This document shows, one piece after another, positions 1-8,767 of a stretch of 64,000 nucleotides of DNA. Within the stretch, counting starts at the first letter, position 1. Every line of letters begins with the position of its first letter. The notes under the pieces were generated by a model. The model had not been told where the DNA came from. It made no database searches and saw only the letters and a list, made by a program, of their open reading frames with translations. Made by a program: the position numbers and the translations under genes. The stretch is from contig JAFGGS010000003.1 of assembly GCA_016930415.1 (NCBI GenBank), positions 6,691-70,690 on the forward strand. Reading direction: 5' to 3'. The DNA comes from Candidatus Woesearchaeota archaeon (GTDB lineage Archaea; Nanobdellota; Nanobdellia; Woesearchaeales; SM23-78).

Positions 1-1651
1 AGAAGAACGAGGAGGGGGGAGTCCAGGCGCTGCTTGATTCCCAACCAGTTCCGTTGTTAAGCCACGTTTCACGAACTGTTGTGCTGCTCAGGTAAGATGA
101 CCGCATTATGTCTATGAGCCCATCTCCGTTCACATCAAGCAATCTGGTTCCCTGGTCCACTCCGCTCGAATCCACGATCTCTGCAGGGATAATCCAGGAG
201 ACAGCGATCCAACCAGCCCCATTATTAAGATAGACTTGGTGAAAGCCAGTCTTTGATTTTACGATGTCATCTCTTCCGTCAGCGTTAACGTCGACTAACA
301 GCACGCCTTGATCCACTCCGCTGGAGCTTACGAAATCAGTCGGGATGCTCCAACCGCTCAGCTCCCATCCTTGTCCATCATCGTTAAGATAGACCTCGTG
401 GGTGCCGCTCGCTTTTGAAACCACCAAGTCAGTGAAGCCGTCCTTGTTGACGTCTCCGAAGCGCACGCCTTGGTCAACTCCGCTCGCATCAACAAAGGAT
501 ACTGGGATTGTCCTTGAACTATCGAGAGTCCAGCCCGCACTCTTGTTGTTGATCCAGACTGCACCGACTCCTGATTTATTCCTGATGATATCCAGGAACC
601 CATCATTATTCACGTCCAACAGCCTCACCCCGTAATCGATATGTGAAGAATCAGAAAATATCTCTGTCGGCTTCCAGATAGAAGTCTGATTGGTAAACCC
701 GGTTTCAGCATCATAGTATTCAAAATTGATGGTATGCAGAATGGAAGAATCATCCTCGCCGTAATAAACGATGCTCTCCAGAGCCGAGAGCGAATCAGCC
801 AGGATAGAGTAGGAAAAAGCATATCTCTTGACAAGGGCATCGTCTACAGAGACCATTATGTCAGAAAGCCTTCTTGACTCTTCCAACAGATTGCCTTGTT
901 CGTACACTCTCCTTCGGTCTGGCCTGACGCTTGTTTCATAGCTAAAATCTATCGTTCGTTTCCTGTCAGAATTGTACTCTATCCTATCCAGATAGACCGC
1001 GCCTTCATCCTCTGCGTTTGGATCTTGAGAGTAGCTGTAGAATATCCTGTTTCCATGGGTGTCCCCTACCTCGTCAAGGAACCATTTTAGAGAGTATGAC
1101 CTGCCGGTGTTGGAAGCCAGTCTTGACTCGGTGTTATGGCCAAAGCGGTATTTCTTACCGTCCTGCTTCGTGACCGTCCAGGAGTCGTCTGTCTCGTTCC
1201 TCTCGATCCTGAACCAGTAGTCTACTTCGGTATGATATAATCCTCCGGAATATATCAATTCGTAAAGGTCGTCCTCCAGGAAGAATATGAACTTGTCATC
1301 AGAAGTGTCGTCAGGCGTCGATTGCACATCCCTGTATATCAAGTCGTACTTGATGCCCCAGCCAGCGCCCATGACACTAGGTCTTTGCTTAACCCGCTGA
1401 CTGTTATAAAAAACAAATACTGAAGGGCTCAAACCATTTACTCCTGGTGGCGTATCGATCGTGTATGTGTAAGTTGCAGCTCCTGGGAAGAGGCTGGTCG
1501 CGTATTGGCCAAACATCCTGACAACAGGGCTATCAGGCACATTCGCCTTGTGCAGGTAAGGCTTGTAATCGTCAGCAGCAGAGCCCAGCCCTGCAAGAAG
1601 AAGGACGACGATGCACAATCCTAAGATTAACCTGTTGACAGACACTAACAT
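1..1651 (-). CDS. Large secreted SpvB/TcB-like N-terminal domain + FG-GAP (VCBS) repeat protein, probably RHS/YD family; 3' end runs off the window
   Basis: Absent from the ORF track (no stop in window). ATG at 1651 with SD GGGGTGA. Signal peptide MLVSVNRLILGLCIVVLLLAGLGSA, then SLFPGAATYTYTIDTPPGVNGLSPSVFVFYNSQ...MGAGWG (SpvB/TcB-type N-terminus) and at least 4 repeats of DxGVRxxDVNxDGxxD...W(I/L)N. Confidence 0.8.
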   Translation of the reverse strand, partial: MLVSVNRLILGLCIVVLLLAGLGSAADDYKPYLHKANVPDSPVVRMFGQYATSLFPGAATYTYTIDTPPGVNGLSPSVFVFYNSQRVKQRPSVMGAGWGIKYDLIYRDVQSTPDDTSDDKFIFFLEDDLYELIYSGGLYHTEVDYWFRIERNETDDSWTVTKQDGKKYRFGHNTESRLASNTGRSYSLKWFLDEVGDTHGNRIFYSYSQDPNAEDEGAVYLDRIEYNSDRKRTIDFSYETSVRPDRRRVYEQGNLLEESRRLSDIMVSVDDALVKRYAFSYSILADSLSALESIVYYGEDDSSILHTINFEYYDAETGFTNQTSIWKPTEIFSDSSHIDYGVRLLDVNNDGFLDIIRNKSGVGAVWINNKSAGWTLDSSRTIPVSFVDASGVDQGVRFGDVNKDGFTDLVVSKASGTHEVYLNDDGQGWELSGWSIPTDFVSSSGVDQGVLLVDVNADGRDDIVKSKTGFHQVYLNNGAGWIAVSWIIPAEIVDSSGVDQGTRLLDVNGDGLIDIMRSSYLSSTTVRETWLNNGTGWESSSAWTPPSSFF

Positions 1652-1667
1652 ATCACCCCTTCAAGCC

Positions 1668-3458
1668 CTAGTTAGTGCTGTCAATGAAGTTGTTAACTTC
1701 ATAGTACATGTCCAGATAGGACAGATTATATCTTTGCCACACATAAAATACGGGCGTTATGTTGTAGAATGGCAATGGGAAACTCGCACTGCTGTTCTGG
1801 TCGTAGTTGAAAGCCCATCGCTTGTTTCCGCTGGTCACGAACACGTCAAAAACACCGGTTTTCTGGGTCCCGTTCGCCAATCGGGTATATACTTGTTTGT
1901 CATAATAAGCAGTGTACGATCCTAGCTGTGCTTCTGCTGCAGAAGTAATGAGCGACCTAGCCAGGCTCTCATCAAGCACTTGCTTTTCCACAACAGTATC
2001 AAAAGAGGCATATCCCTTTTCGCCCTTGGCATTGTTATAATAGGTTGTGAGCTCGTTATCTGACAGTTTCCTACTCCAATAAGAGGCACCATCGCGATAC
2101 CCTATAAAGCCAGGATAATCGTAAGTATCTGCAAGGACATAACCCAGCCTGGTTACGGCGTAGGAGGATGCGGATAGAAGAGGTCCGGTTACATTGTTAA
2201 AGATCCCATCAGATACCACTTTTACGTTGGCAGTGCTTCCATCTACGGCGTTGTAGACGAAGCAGACAAGCTTCCATTGGTTTGCAGATGATGCTGAACC
2301 GGTAACCATGTGCCAGGACCCGCTAAAATAATACAGGTAGATGTTGGTTGTATTAACCTGGAACTGGATGTGAGAGCCTGAGGACGCAGTGTTCACTTTA
2401 TAGAAGATTCCTCTGTTCGTATTTGATAAACTCGTCACGTTTATGAACGTGCAGAAAGTCATGTTATCTGTCCGGCTGAGTGTCAAGGATGAGTAGTCCA
2501 GATAATCCGTGCTTGCATCAAAATACGCGCTTCCCTTTCCGCCGACTTTATTATTGCTGCTATAAGTGACGCTGCTGGAAGTTGCATTCTTTCCGTAGTC
2601 GCTCGTGTAAGCATCGTTTAGGAAGCCGGTGTAGAATGCCAGAGAGCTATGGTTGAAGATAGCCTCAGGATTATAAGAACTGACGTTACCGACACTTACA
2701 TAGTAAGGAACCTGACCTGTCGAATTGGCAATCGTGTAACTATCCCAGCCAAGATAATACACTCCAAAATCAGGGTCATTCTGGCAATTTATCAGGACAT
2801 GCTGTTGTCCGCCACCGATGTCAAATCCATTGGTGCCGTTGATGAACAGGTGCAAATCTGGGCTCGTGACGTTGCTGCAATTTATCACAAATCTATTTGG
2901 ATAGCTCGCGTTCCACCAGTCATATTCGGTGTACTCGAATTCGTTTAATGTCAGGATATTATCTATCGCTTCGCCTTTCTTTAAGGTTCCGGAAATCTTC
3001 ACTAGAAAGGTCGCTCCTTTAGTGGCGTTGGCATATTCTGCTCTGAAATCATCGAAGGTAATGAGCGAATAGTATTCCTTGGTTTTTTCCACAAGATTTG
3101 TTTTAACGTGGCAAATATCTTGGTATTGGACCTGTTCCTCTTCAGCAGTCTTGTTGCTGGTTACATTATAATACTTCGTGCAGGGTTCGTATATGTCTTC
3201 GGGTTCTACTGAATAATCGATGATTCTTTTCGAGACCTCGTATTCAGGTTCGACGAGGTTTCCTGAGGAATCCAGAAACTTAACTTCAAGCCTGGTCAAA
3301 GGAGCATCATCCGCTTTCGTGATCTTGTATATCGTGTGGCAGTCGAAACAGTAGTCCGTGTTTTCGACCATTTCGACGTAGTCGTGCTTGGTCGCTGCAA
3401 ATGCTGTCGATGTCAACAGAACACAGATTAGAATAGCAATTAAGACAAGTTTCCTCAT
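1668..3458 (-). CDS. Secreted LamG/concanavalin A-like lectin domain protein
   Basis: Signal peptide; GKGSAYFDASTDYL...MTFCTFIN...QWKLVCFVYN...GYRDGASYWSRKLS is a LamG_3-type pattern; many N-x-S/T sequons. Confidence 0.75.
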   Translation of the reverse strand: MRKLVLIAILICVLLTSTAFAATKHDYVEMVENTDYCFDCHTIYKITKADDAPLTRLEVKFLDSSGNLVEPEYEVSKRIIDYSVEPEDIYEPCTKYYNVTSNKTAEEEQVQYQDICHVKTNLVEKTKEYYSLITFDDFRAEYANATKGATFLVKISGTLKKGEAIDNILTLNEFEYTEYDWWNASYPNRFVINCSNVTSPDLHLFINGTNGFDIGGGQQHVLINCQNDPDFGVYYLGWDSYTIANSTGQVPYYVSVGNVSSYNPEAIFNHSSLAFYTGFLNDAYTSDYGKNATSSSVTYSSNNKVGGKGSAYFDASTDYLDYSSLTLSRTDNMTFCTFINVTSLSNTNRGIFYKVNTASSGSHIQFQVNTTNIYLYYFSGSWHMVTGSASSANQWKLVCFVYNAVDGSTANVKVVSDGIFNNVTGPLLSASSYAVTRLGYVLADTYDYPGFIGYRDGASYWSRKLSDNELTTYYNNAKGEKGYASFDTVVEKQVLDESLARSLITSAAEAQLGSYTAYYDKQVYTRLANGTQKTGVFDVFVTSGNKRWAFNYDQNSSASFPLPFYNITPVFYVWQRYNLSYLDMYYEVNNFIDSTN

Positions 3459-3562
3459 TTTTTGAACCCCCTTTTTGAAAAAGTATTTTTGAGGGGTATT
3501 TGGAGGAATTTATATATTTTTCTAAATCAGTCAGAGCTCTATCCTTATCAGAAAAAGTTTTT

Positions 3563-4876
3563 TCACAGTCTCTCGTATTCGTATCCTTTCTTTTTTGCTT
3601 CTTCTTTGTTGTGTTGTCCTTTTATGTCTATTAGTAGTTTCTTGTCTTTGTAGAGCGTGTCTAGTTCTGTGAGTGTCATCTTTGCGTATTCTTTGTGCGG
3701 GACTGCGAGTATTATCGCGTCTATCTTCTTTTTCAGGTCTTCAAGAGGGGTGTTTTTCACGTTGAATCCTTCGTTTTCTATTTCTTCTTGGCTTAGATGT
3801 GGTTCCCATGCGATTACGTCTGCGCCGTTCTTTTGCAGTTCCAGGATTACGTCTTTGGTCTTGCTGTTCCTCGCGTCTTTCACGTTCTCTTTGAATGTCA
3901 ATCCCAAGATAAGCACGCGCGAGCCTTTCACTGCTTTGCCTTGCCTTATCAGTCCTTTTATGGTCTTCTCTGCGACGTGCTTGGCCATGCCGTCGTTTAT
4001 CTCTCGTCCTGCTAGTATCACGCGCGGCTGGTATCCTAGCTCTTGGGCTTTAAAGGTAAGGTAGTATGGGTCTATTCCTATGCAGTGTCCGCCAACTAGT
4101 CCTGGCTTGTAGTTGTGGAAGTTCCACTTCGTGCCTGCGGCTCGTAGCACTTCTTGAGTGTCGATCCCTATCTTCTCGAATATGAGCGATAGCTCGTTCA
4201 TGAGGGCGATGTTTAGGTCTCGTTGTATGTTCTCTATCACCTTGGCTGCTTCTGCGACTTTTATGCTCTCTGCTTTGTGCACGGTAGTTACGCGTCCGTA
4301 CACGTATGCTGTTTTCTCCAGCGTTTCAAGATCCATTCCTGAGACTATCTTGGTTACGTGATCTATTGTGTGTTCCTTGTCGCCTGGGTTTATTCGTTCT
4401 GGGCTGTATCCTATCTTCCAGTCCTTCCCGCATTTCAGGCCTGATTCTCGCTCGATGATCGGCAGGGCGATCTCTTCAGTAACGCCGGGGTAGACTGTGC
4501 TTTCGAAGATCACGATTGTCCCTGCAGAGAGGTTCTTGCCTATTGTCTCTGAGGCTTTCTCGACCGGCGATAGATCTGGCGCATTAGTCTTTGTTATGGG
4601 TGTTGGCACTGCCGCGATTATGAAGTTGCTTTTCTTCAGGTCTGAGGCGTCGCTGCTATAGGTTATCTTGGCTTCTTTAAGCTCTGAAGGGCTAAGCTCT
4701 CCCATGGGGTCGACTCCTTTTTTCAGCGTCTCGACCTTGCGCTTGTTTATGTCGAACCCTAAGACAGAAAAGTGCTTTGAGAGCGCGGCTGCGAGCGGCA
4801 GGCCGACGTATCCTAGCCCTAGCACGCATATACTGAAGCTTTGCGCTTCAAGCCCTTCTTTTTGAGATCCACTCAT
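3563..4876 (-). CDS. UDP-N-acetylhexosamine 6-dehydrogenase (WbpO/TviB-like)
   Basis: GLGYVGLP, FESTVYPG, YSPERINPG, GGHCIGIDPYYL, LGLTFKEN motifs. Confidence 0.92.
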   Translation of the reverse strand: MSGSQKEGLEAQSFSICVLGLGYVGLPLAAALSKHFSVLGFDINKRKVETLKKGVDPMGELSPSELKEAKITYSSDASDLKKSNFIIAAVPTPITKTNAPDLSPVEKASETIGKNLSAGTIVIFESTVYPGVTEEIALPIIERESGLKCGKDWKIGYSPERINPGDKEHTIDHVTKIVSGMDLETLEKTAYVYGRVTTVHKAESIKVAEAAKVIENIQRDLNIALMNELSLIFEKIGIDTQEVLRAAGTKWNFHNYKPGLVGGHCIGIDPYYLTFKAQELGYQPRVILAGREINDGMAKHVAEKTIKGLIRQGKAVKGSRVLILGLTFKENVKDARNSKTKDVILELQKNGADVIAWEPHLSQEEIENEGFNVKNTPLEDLKKKIDAIILAVPHKEYAKMTLTELDTLYKDKKLLIDIKGQHNKEEAKKKGYEYERL

Positions 4877-5021
4877 TGGTTTGGATGCACGCGTTCCTGG
4901 TTTAAAAACTTTAGGAAATGAAGCTTCATCCCTTCGGGAAAGCTTTAAAAACAGCCCTTTTCTACGGTTTGGTTAAAGCCTTTTTTCAGTGGTTTTTAGC
5001 TTAATGTGAGCGTTTGTTAAT

Positions 5022-5930
5022 ATGACTGGTATTTTCGTCTTGAGTCTTGATGAGGAGCTTCTCTGGGGCGTGTCCTCAAGGAGTGATCGTGATTATTTCA
5101 AGTGGGGTGTTGATAAGGAGAGGAAGGTGTTCAAGCGCTTCCTGGACCTGCTTGACAAGCACGAGATCAAGGCTACCTTCGCGATAGTCGGACACATGAT
5201 GCTCCAGGGCAGGCGTGATTGCCCTGACAAGGGTTGCTTCTGCAAAGGGGTCGATGAGCGCTACGCCTTTGGCAGGGACGTCGTCAGGATGATCAGGGAG
5301 CGAGGCCATGAGATAGGAATACATGGCCACACCCACTCGTTCTTTGACGAGCTCTCAAAGAGAGAGGCTGACGAGGAGCTCTTCAAGGCAGTAGCTGCTG
5401 CAAGGAGCCTTGGGATAGAGGCCAAGAGCATGGTCTTCCCTCAGAACAGGGTCGCGCACCAGAAGAGCCTTTCGAGGCATGGCATCTCTGCTTATAGAGG
5501 CGCTGATGAGTGGTGGTTCTCTAAGTTCCCGGGCTTCGTGCAAAAGCCTCTTCATCTCCTGGATTACTTGTTCACAGTCACTCCGCCTGTCTACAAGGCG
5601 AGGAGGGAGAAGGCTGAGGGTGGAGTGTTATACAACTTGCCTGGCAGCATGTTTTATCTTGCAAGGGATGGATTCAGGAGATACGTCCCTATGGGCTGCA
5701 GGGTGAAAAAAGCCATCAAGGGAATGGATAAAGCTATAAATGAGGATAAGGTTTTCCACTTATGGTTCCATCCCTTCAACTTGTCGTGGGACAGCGGCGA
5801 GATGCTGAAGGGGCTTGATCAGATACTGGCCTACGCGGCTGAGAAGAGAAAAAGGGGCGAGCTTAGGACTATGACTATGCAGGAGGTTGTGAGATATGAG
5901 GATACTAGGCATAAGCGAGACAGACAATGA
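5022..5930 (+). CDS. Polysaccharide deacetylase (CE4/NodB-like)
   Basis: LSLDEEL, ATFAIVG, HEIGIHGHTH, VFPQN, FHLWFHPFN. Confidence 0.85.
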   Translation: MTGIFVLSLDEELLWGVSSRSDRDYFKWGVDKERKVFKRFLDLLDKHEIKATFAIVGHMMLQGRRDCPDKGCFCKGVDERYAFGRDVVRMIRERGHEIGIHGHTHSFFDELSKREADEELFKAVAAARSLGIEAKSMVFPQNRVAHQKSLSRHGISAYRGADEWWFSKFPGFVQKPLHLLDYLFTVTPPVYKARREKAEGGVLYNLPGSMFYLARDGFRRYVPMGCRVKKAIKGMDKAINEDKVFHLWFHPFNLSWDSGEMLKGLDQILAYAAEKRKRGELRTMTMQEVVRYEDTRHKRDRQ

Positions 5931-7608
5931 TTCTGGCGCAGCCCTTTTGATAGACGGCAAGATCGCCTTCGCGGCTAATGAGGAGCGCTTCAGCAGGGTA
6001 AAGAGGCACAGGGGTTTTCCTTACGAGACGATCAAGTGGATATTAAAGTCTTCTCGCCTCTCGCTTGACGACATCGACCAGTTCGTGATCGCAAAGGGCT
6101 CTAAGAGAAAAGAGATCAAGTCTTACGTCGGCGCGCTCACAAGCCACTTCATGAAGGAGAAGTTCACAGTCCCAAGGAGCAGGGTCCTCCTCGACCAGGG
6201 AGTGTGGTTTGGCAGGAACATTCCTCAGCTCATAAAAGATACCACCAGCCTTAATGGCGAGATCGAGAAGTGGTTCAAGGAGAGCAAGATCCCTGCGGAG
6301 AAAATCCACAGGGTAGACCATCACCCGGCCCACGCTGCCTGCGCTTATTACTTCTCAGGATTCGAGGACGCCCTCGTAGTCACTTGCGACGGCCAAGGGC
6401 TCGGAGTGACAGCGAGTGTGTGGGAGGTCGCGCACGGAAAGTTCAAGCTCATAAGCACGTCGAGGCTTCCTGACAGTCCCGGCAACTTCTACGGCTTGGT
6501 CACAAAGGTGTGCGGCTTTACGCCTAACAGGCACGAGGGCAAGATAACAGGCCTCGCAGCCCATGGCCACGAGGTGCTGGAGGTCCGCAAGTGCGTGGAT
6601 GAGATGCTTTTCTTCAGGAACGGCAAGATCCGGAGCAACGCGATCTATGGAAGCTACCTGCACGTCAAGAAGCTTCATAAGAGATATGGCCGCGAGAACC
6701 TAAGCTACGCTTTCCAGAAGAGGCTGGAGGAAGTGGTCACTGCTTATATCAATCATTATTGGAAGAAGAGGAAGCACTTGAAGAACATCGCGCTCGCAGG
6801 AGGGGTGTTCGCGAACGTGAGGCTCAACCAGGAAGTCATGGAGCTTCCAGGCGTGCAGCAGCTGTTCGTCTATCCTCACATGGCAGACGGAGGGCTCTGC
6901 GCAGGAGCAGCAGCCATGCTAGAGCCTGACATGAAGCCTTACCGCCTGCACGACGTCTACCTGGGCCCAGGATACTCGACGGCCGAGATGAAGAGGGCTC
7001 TTGACAAGTTCAGGGTCAAGTATAAGAGGCCGAAAAACCTTGCCAAGGAAGTGGCAAGGCTCCTTGCAAAGAACTTCGTCGTAGGAAGGTTTGACGGCCG
7101 CATGGAGTTCGGGCCAAGGGCCCTTGGCAACAGAACCATCATGTACCACACGACCGACCCTAAGGTGAACGAGTGGCTCAACAAGAACCTACACCGAAGC
7201 GAGTTCATGCCGTTCGCGCCCGTGACCTTGAAAGAGCACGCGTCCAGGTGCTACAAGGGATTCGAGAGGGGAGAGTACACGTCCGAGTTCATGACGGTAA
7301 CGTTTGACTGCACAGACGAGATGAAGAGGACGAGCCCTGCAGTCGTGCACATCGACGGCACGGCGAGGCCGCAGGTCGTGACGAAGGACATAAACCCTGG
7401 CTACTACGACATCGTGAGCGAGTACTACAAGCTCACAGGCATCCCGACCGTCGTCAACACCAGTTTCAACATGCATGAGGAGCCGATAGTGTGCAGCCCG
7501 CAAGACGCGATCAGGAGTTTCAAGCAGGGAAACCTGGACGCATTGATAGTCGGGCCTTTCCTAGTCATAAACCCGAGGCTTCGAAAAGAGCTCAGGAGCA
7601 AGAAATGA
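5896..7608 (+). CDS. Carbamoyltransferase (NodU/CmcH family)
   Basis: EERFSRVK, HHPAHA, EGKITGLA, LAGGVFANV, EFGPRALGNR, FMPFAP, NTSFNMHEEPIV. Confidence 0.93.
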   Translation: MRILGISETDNDSGAALLIDGKIAFAANEERFSRVKRHRGFPYETIKWILKSSRLSLDDIDQFVIAKGSKRKEIKSYVGALTSHFMKEKFTVPRSRVLLDQGVWFGRNIPQLIKDTTSLNGEIEKWFKESKIPAEKIHRVDHHPAHAACAYYFSGFEDALVVTCDGQGLGVTASVWEVAHGKFKLISTSRLPDSPGNFYGLVTKVCGFTPNRHEGKITGLAAHGHEVLEVRKCVDEMLFFRNGKIRSNAIYGSYLHVKKLHKRYGRENLSYAFQKRLEEVVTAYINHYWKKRKHLKNIALAGGVFANVRLNQEVMELPGVQQLFVYPHMADGGLCAGAAAMLEPDMKPYRLHDVYLGPGYSTAEMKRALDKFRVKYKRPKNLAKEVARLLAKNFVVGRFDGRMEFGPRALGNRTIMYHTTDPKVNEWLNKNLHRSEFMPFAPVTLKEHASRCYKGFERGEYTSEFMTVTFDCTDEMKRTSPAVVHIDGTARPQVVTKDINPGYYDIVSEYYKLTGIPTVVNTSFNMHEEPIVCSPQDAIRSFKQGNLDALIVGPFLVINPRLRKELRSKK

Positions 7609-8147
7609 ACGATAAGAACATAGAAGCAGAGGCGCGTAGCTTCATATCAGAAGAGAAATACTTTGAGCTCTTGTCTTTCTTCAAAGAGAACGCCAAGCTA
7701 TTGAAAGAGGACAACCAGGAAACCTTGTACTTCGACTGCGAACAGGATCTTCGCATACAAAAGAATGATTTCTACGCAAAGGTCTGGCTCAAGTCCGGGA
7801 AGGTCCACGATGATAGCAGGGAAGAGCTCGAGGTCAAGGCAGATAAGGAGGACTACGAGCTCTTAGAGAAGATATTCCTGAAAATAGGGTTCAAGGTCGA
7901 TATCAAGTGGTATCGTAAGAGGAGCGAATTCTCATGGAAAGGGATGACTGCCTGCCTGGACTGCACTCAAGGCTACGGCCACATAATCGAGCTGGAAGAG
8001 ATGACAAGCGAATCCGAGAAGGAGATAGTACACGAGAAGCTTGAGCGAGAGCTGAAAAAGCTAGGCGTGGACCTGACTCCCAGGGAAGAATTCGAGAAGA
8101 GATACAAGGAATACAAGAAGAACTGGCGGGAACTGACAAGGCGTTGA
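7605..8147 (+). CDS. CYTH-domain protein (class IV adenylate cyclase/triphosphate tunnel family)
   Basis: Start set at the ATGA overlap with the upstream stop; IEAEAR, DLRI, REELEV, KWYRKR, GHIIELE motifs. Confidence 0.85.
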   Translation: MNDKNIEAEARSFISEEKYFELLSFFKENAKLLKEDNQETLYFDCEQDLRIQKNDFYAKVWLKSGKVHDDSREELEVKADKEDYELLEKIFLKIGFKVDIKWYRKRSEFSWKGMTACLDCTQGYGHIIELEEMTSESEKEIVHEKLERELKKLGVDLTPREEFEKRYKEYKKNWRELTRR

Positions 8148-8315
8148 AGAATGGTTCCTTTTGAGAACGACTCTAACAAAACACAATACTACAATAAATA
8201 GGAAAATATATAGAATAAGAATACTTAAACTCAACCAGGAATAGAAAAACAACAAGCCTGTTTGGGAAATCCAGATGCTTGTTTCCAGTAATGACAAAAT
8301 CTGCACACACCGACC

Positions 8316-8330
8316 GTAACCTTTATAAAT
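8316..8330 (+). promoter_or_regulatory. Archaeal TATA promoter of 5S rRNA
   Basis: CTTTATAAAT at 8321-8330, about 22 nt upstream of the mature 5S start. Confidence 0.65.
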
Positions 8331-8351
8331 AACCCTATTTTCTGGCTGTTT

Positions 8352-8463
8352 GGACGGTCATAGCGGAGTGGTTACACCTGTTCCCGTTTCGAACACAGAA
8401 GTTAAGCACTCCTACGTTCCGGCGCGTACTGCATTTATGTGTGGGAGAACCGGAAAGCTGTCC
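8352..8463 (+). rRNA. rrf: 5S ribosomal RNA (stand-alone)
   Basis: GGACGG...CATAGCG...ACACCTGTTCCCGTTTCGAACACAGAAGTTAAG...GTACTG...GGGAGA...GCTGTCC; helix I ends pair (GGACGG/CTGTCC). Ends approximate. Confidence 0.92.
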
Positions 8464-8465
8464 TC

Positions 8466-8477
8466 CTTTATTTTTCT
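8466..8477 (+). terminator. U-rich archaeal terminator after 5S rRNA
   Basis: CTTTATTTTTCT immediately after the 5S 3' end. Confidence 0.55.
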
Positions 8478-8557
8478 CGCGGGTCATTTTCCGAACTGAC
8501 GAGCAGCGCAAACCATCATACCTCATCATAATTCTTGTTTTCTATTCCCTTCTTCCA

Positions 8558-8574
8558 CGCAAAGCTTTATATAA
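8558..8574 (+). promoter_or_regulatory. BRE/TATA promoter for the leader-ilvB transcript
   Basis: CGCAAAGC followed by TTTATATA (8566-8573), 25 nt before ATG 8599. Spacing is similar to other leaderless genes in the window. Confidence 0.7.
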
Positions 8575-8598
8575 TATGCTTGCGTATATGCCTTCATC

Positions 8599-8670
8599 AT
8601 GGAGAAGGCTACGACAATGGACTTGGCTGTCATTCTTCTAGTGCTAGTCGTCGTAGTCCTTACGCTATAG
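8599..8670 (+). CDS. Putative branched-chain amino acid leader peptide MEKATTMDLAVILLVLVVVVLTL
   Basis: 23 codons; 13 of the last 15 are L/V/I, including 11 in a row; lies between a TATA box and ilvB. Confidence 0.7.
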   Translation: MEKATTMDLAVILLVLVVVVLTL

Positions 8671-8767
8671 TTTTCTCCTGTTCTTCTTCAACACCAAAAG
8701 CGAAGGGGAACAGGGTGAGCGCTATCTACAACCTACATAGAGGAATATGAGGGGAGACAAAAAAAAA
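8671..8767 (+). promoter_or_regulatory. Putative attenuator/switch hairpin region upstream of ilvB
   Basis: 13-bp stem CCTGTTCTTCTTC (8677-8689) / GAAGGGGAACAGG (8702-8714). The same pyrimidine tract is also complementary to 8739-8747 and to the SD region 8752-8757. Confidence 0.55.

Noticed and set aside
3330-3360. CxxCH (CFDCH) as a heme c site in the LamG protein
   Set aside because: Single motif, no cytochrome-like context and no maturation genes in the window; a disulfide is more likely.
8061-8306. Hydrophobic minus-strand ORF next to 5S
   Set aside because: Derives from an A-rich spacer, overlaps the CYTH gene antisense and has no SD.
8496-8513. CTGACGA...CAAAC resembling a hammerhead ribozyme core after the 5S gene
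   Set aside because: The required GAAA after stem II is absent and I could not build stems I and III.
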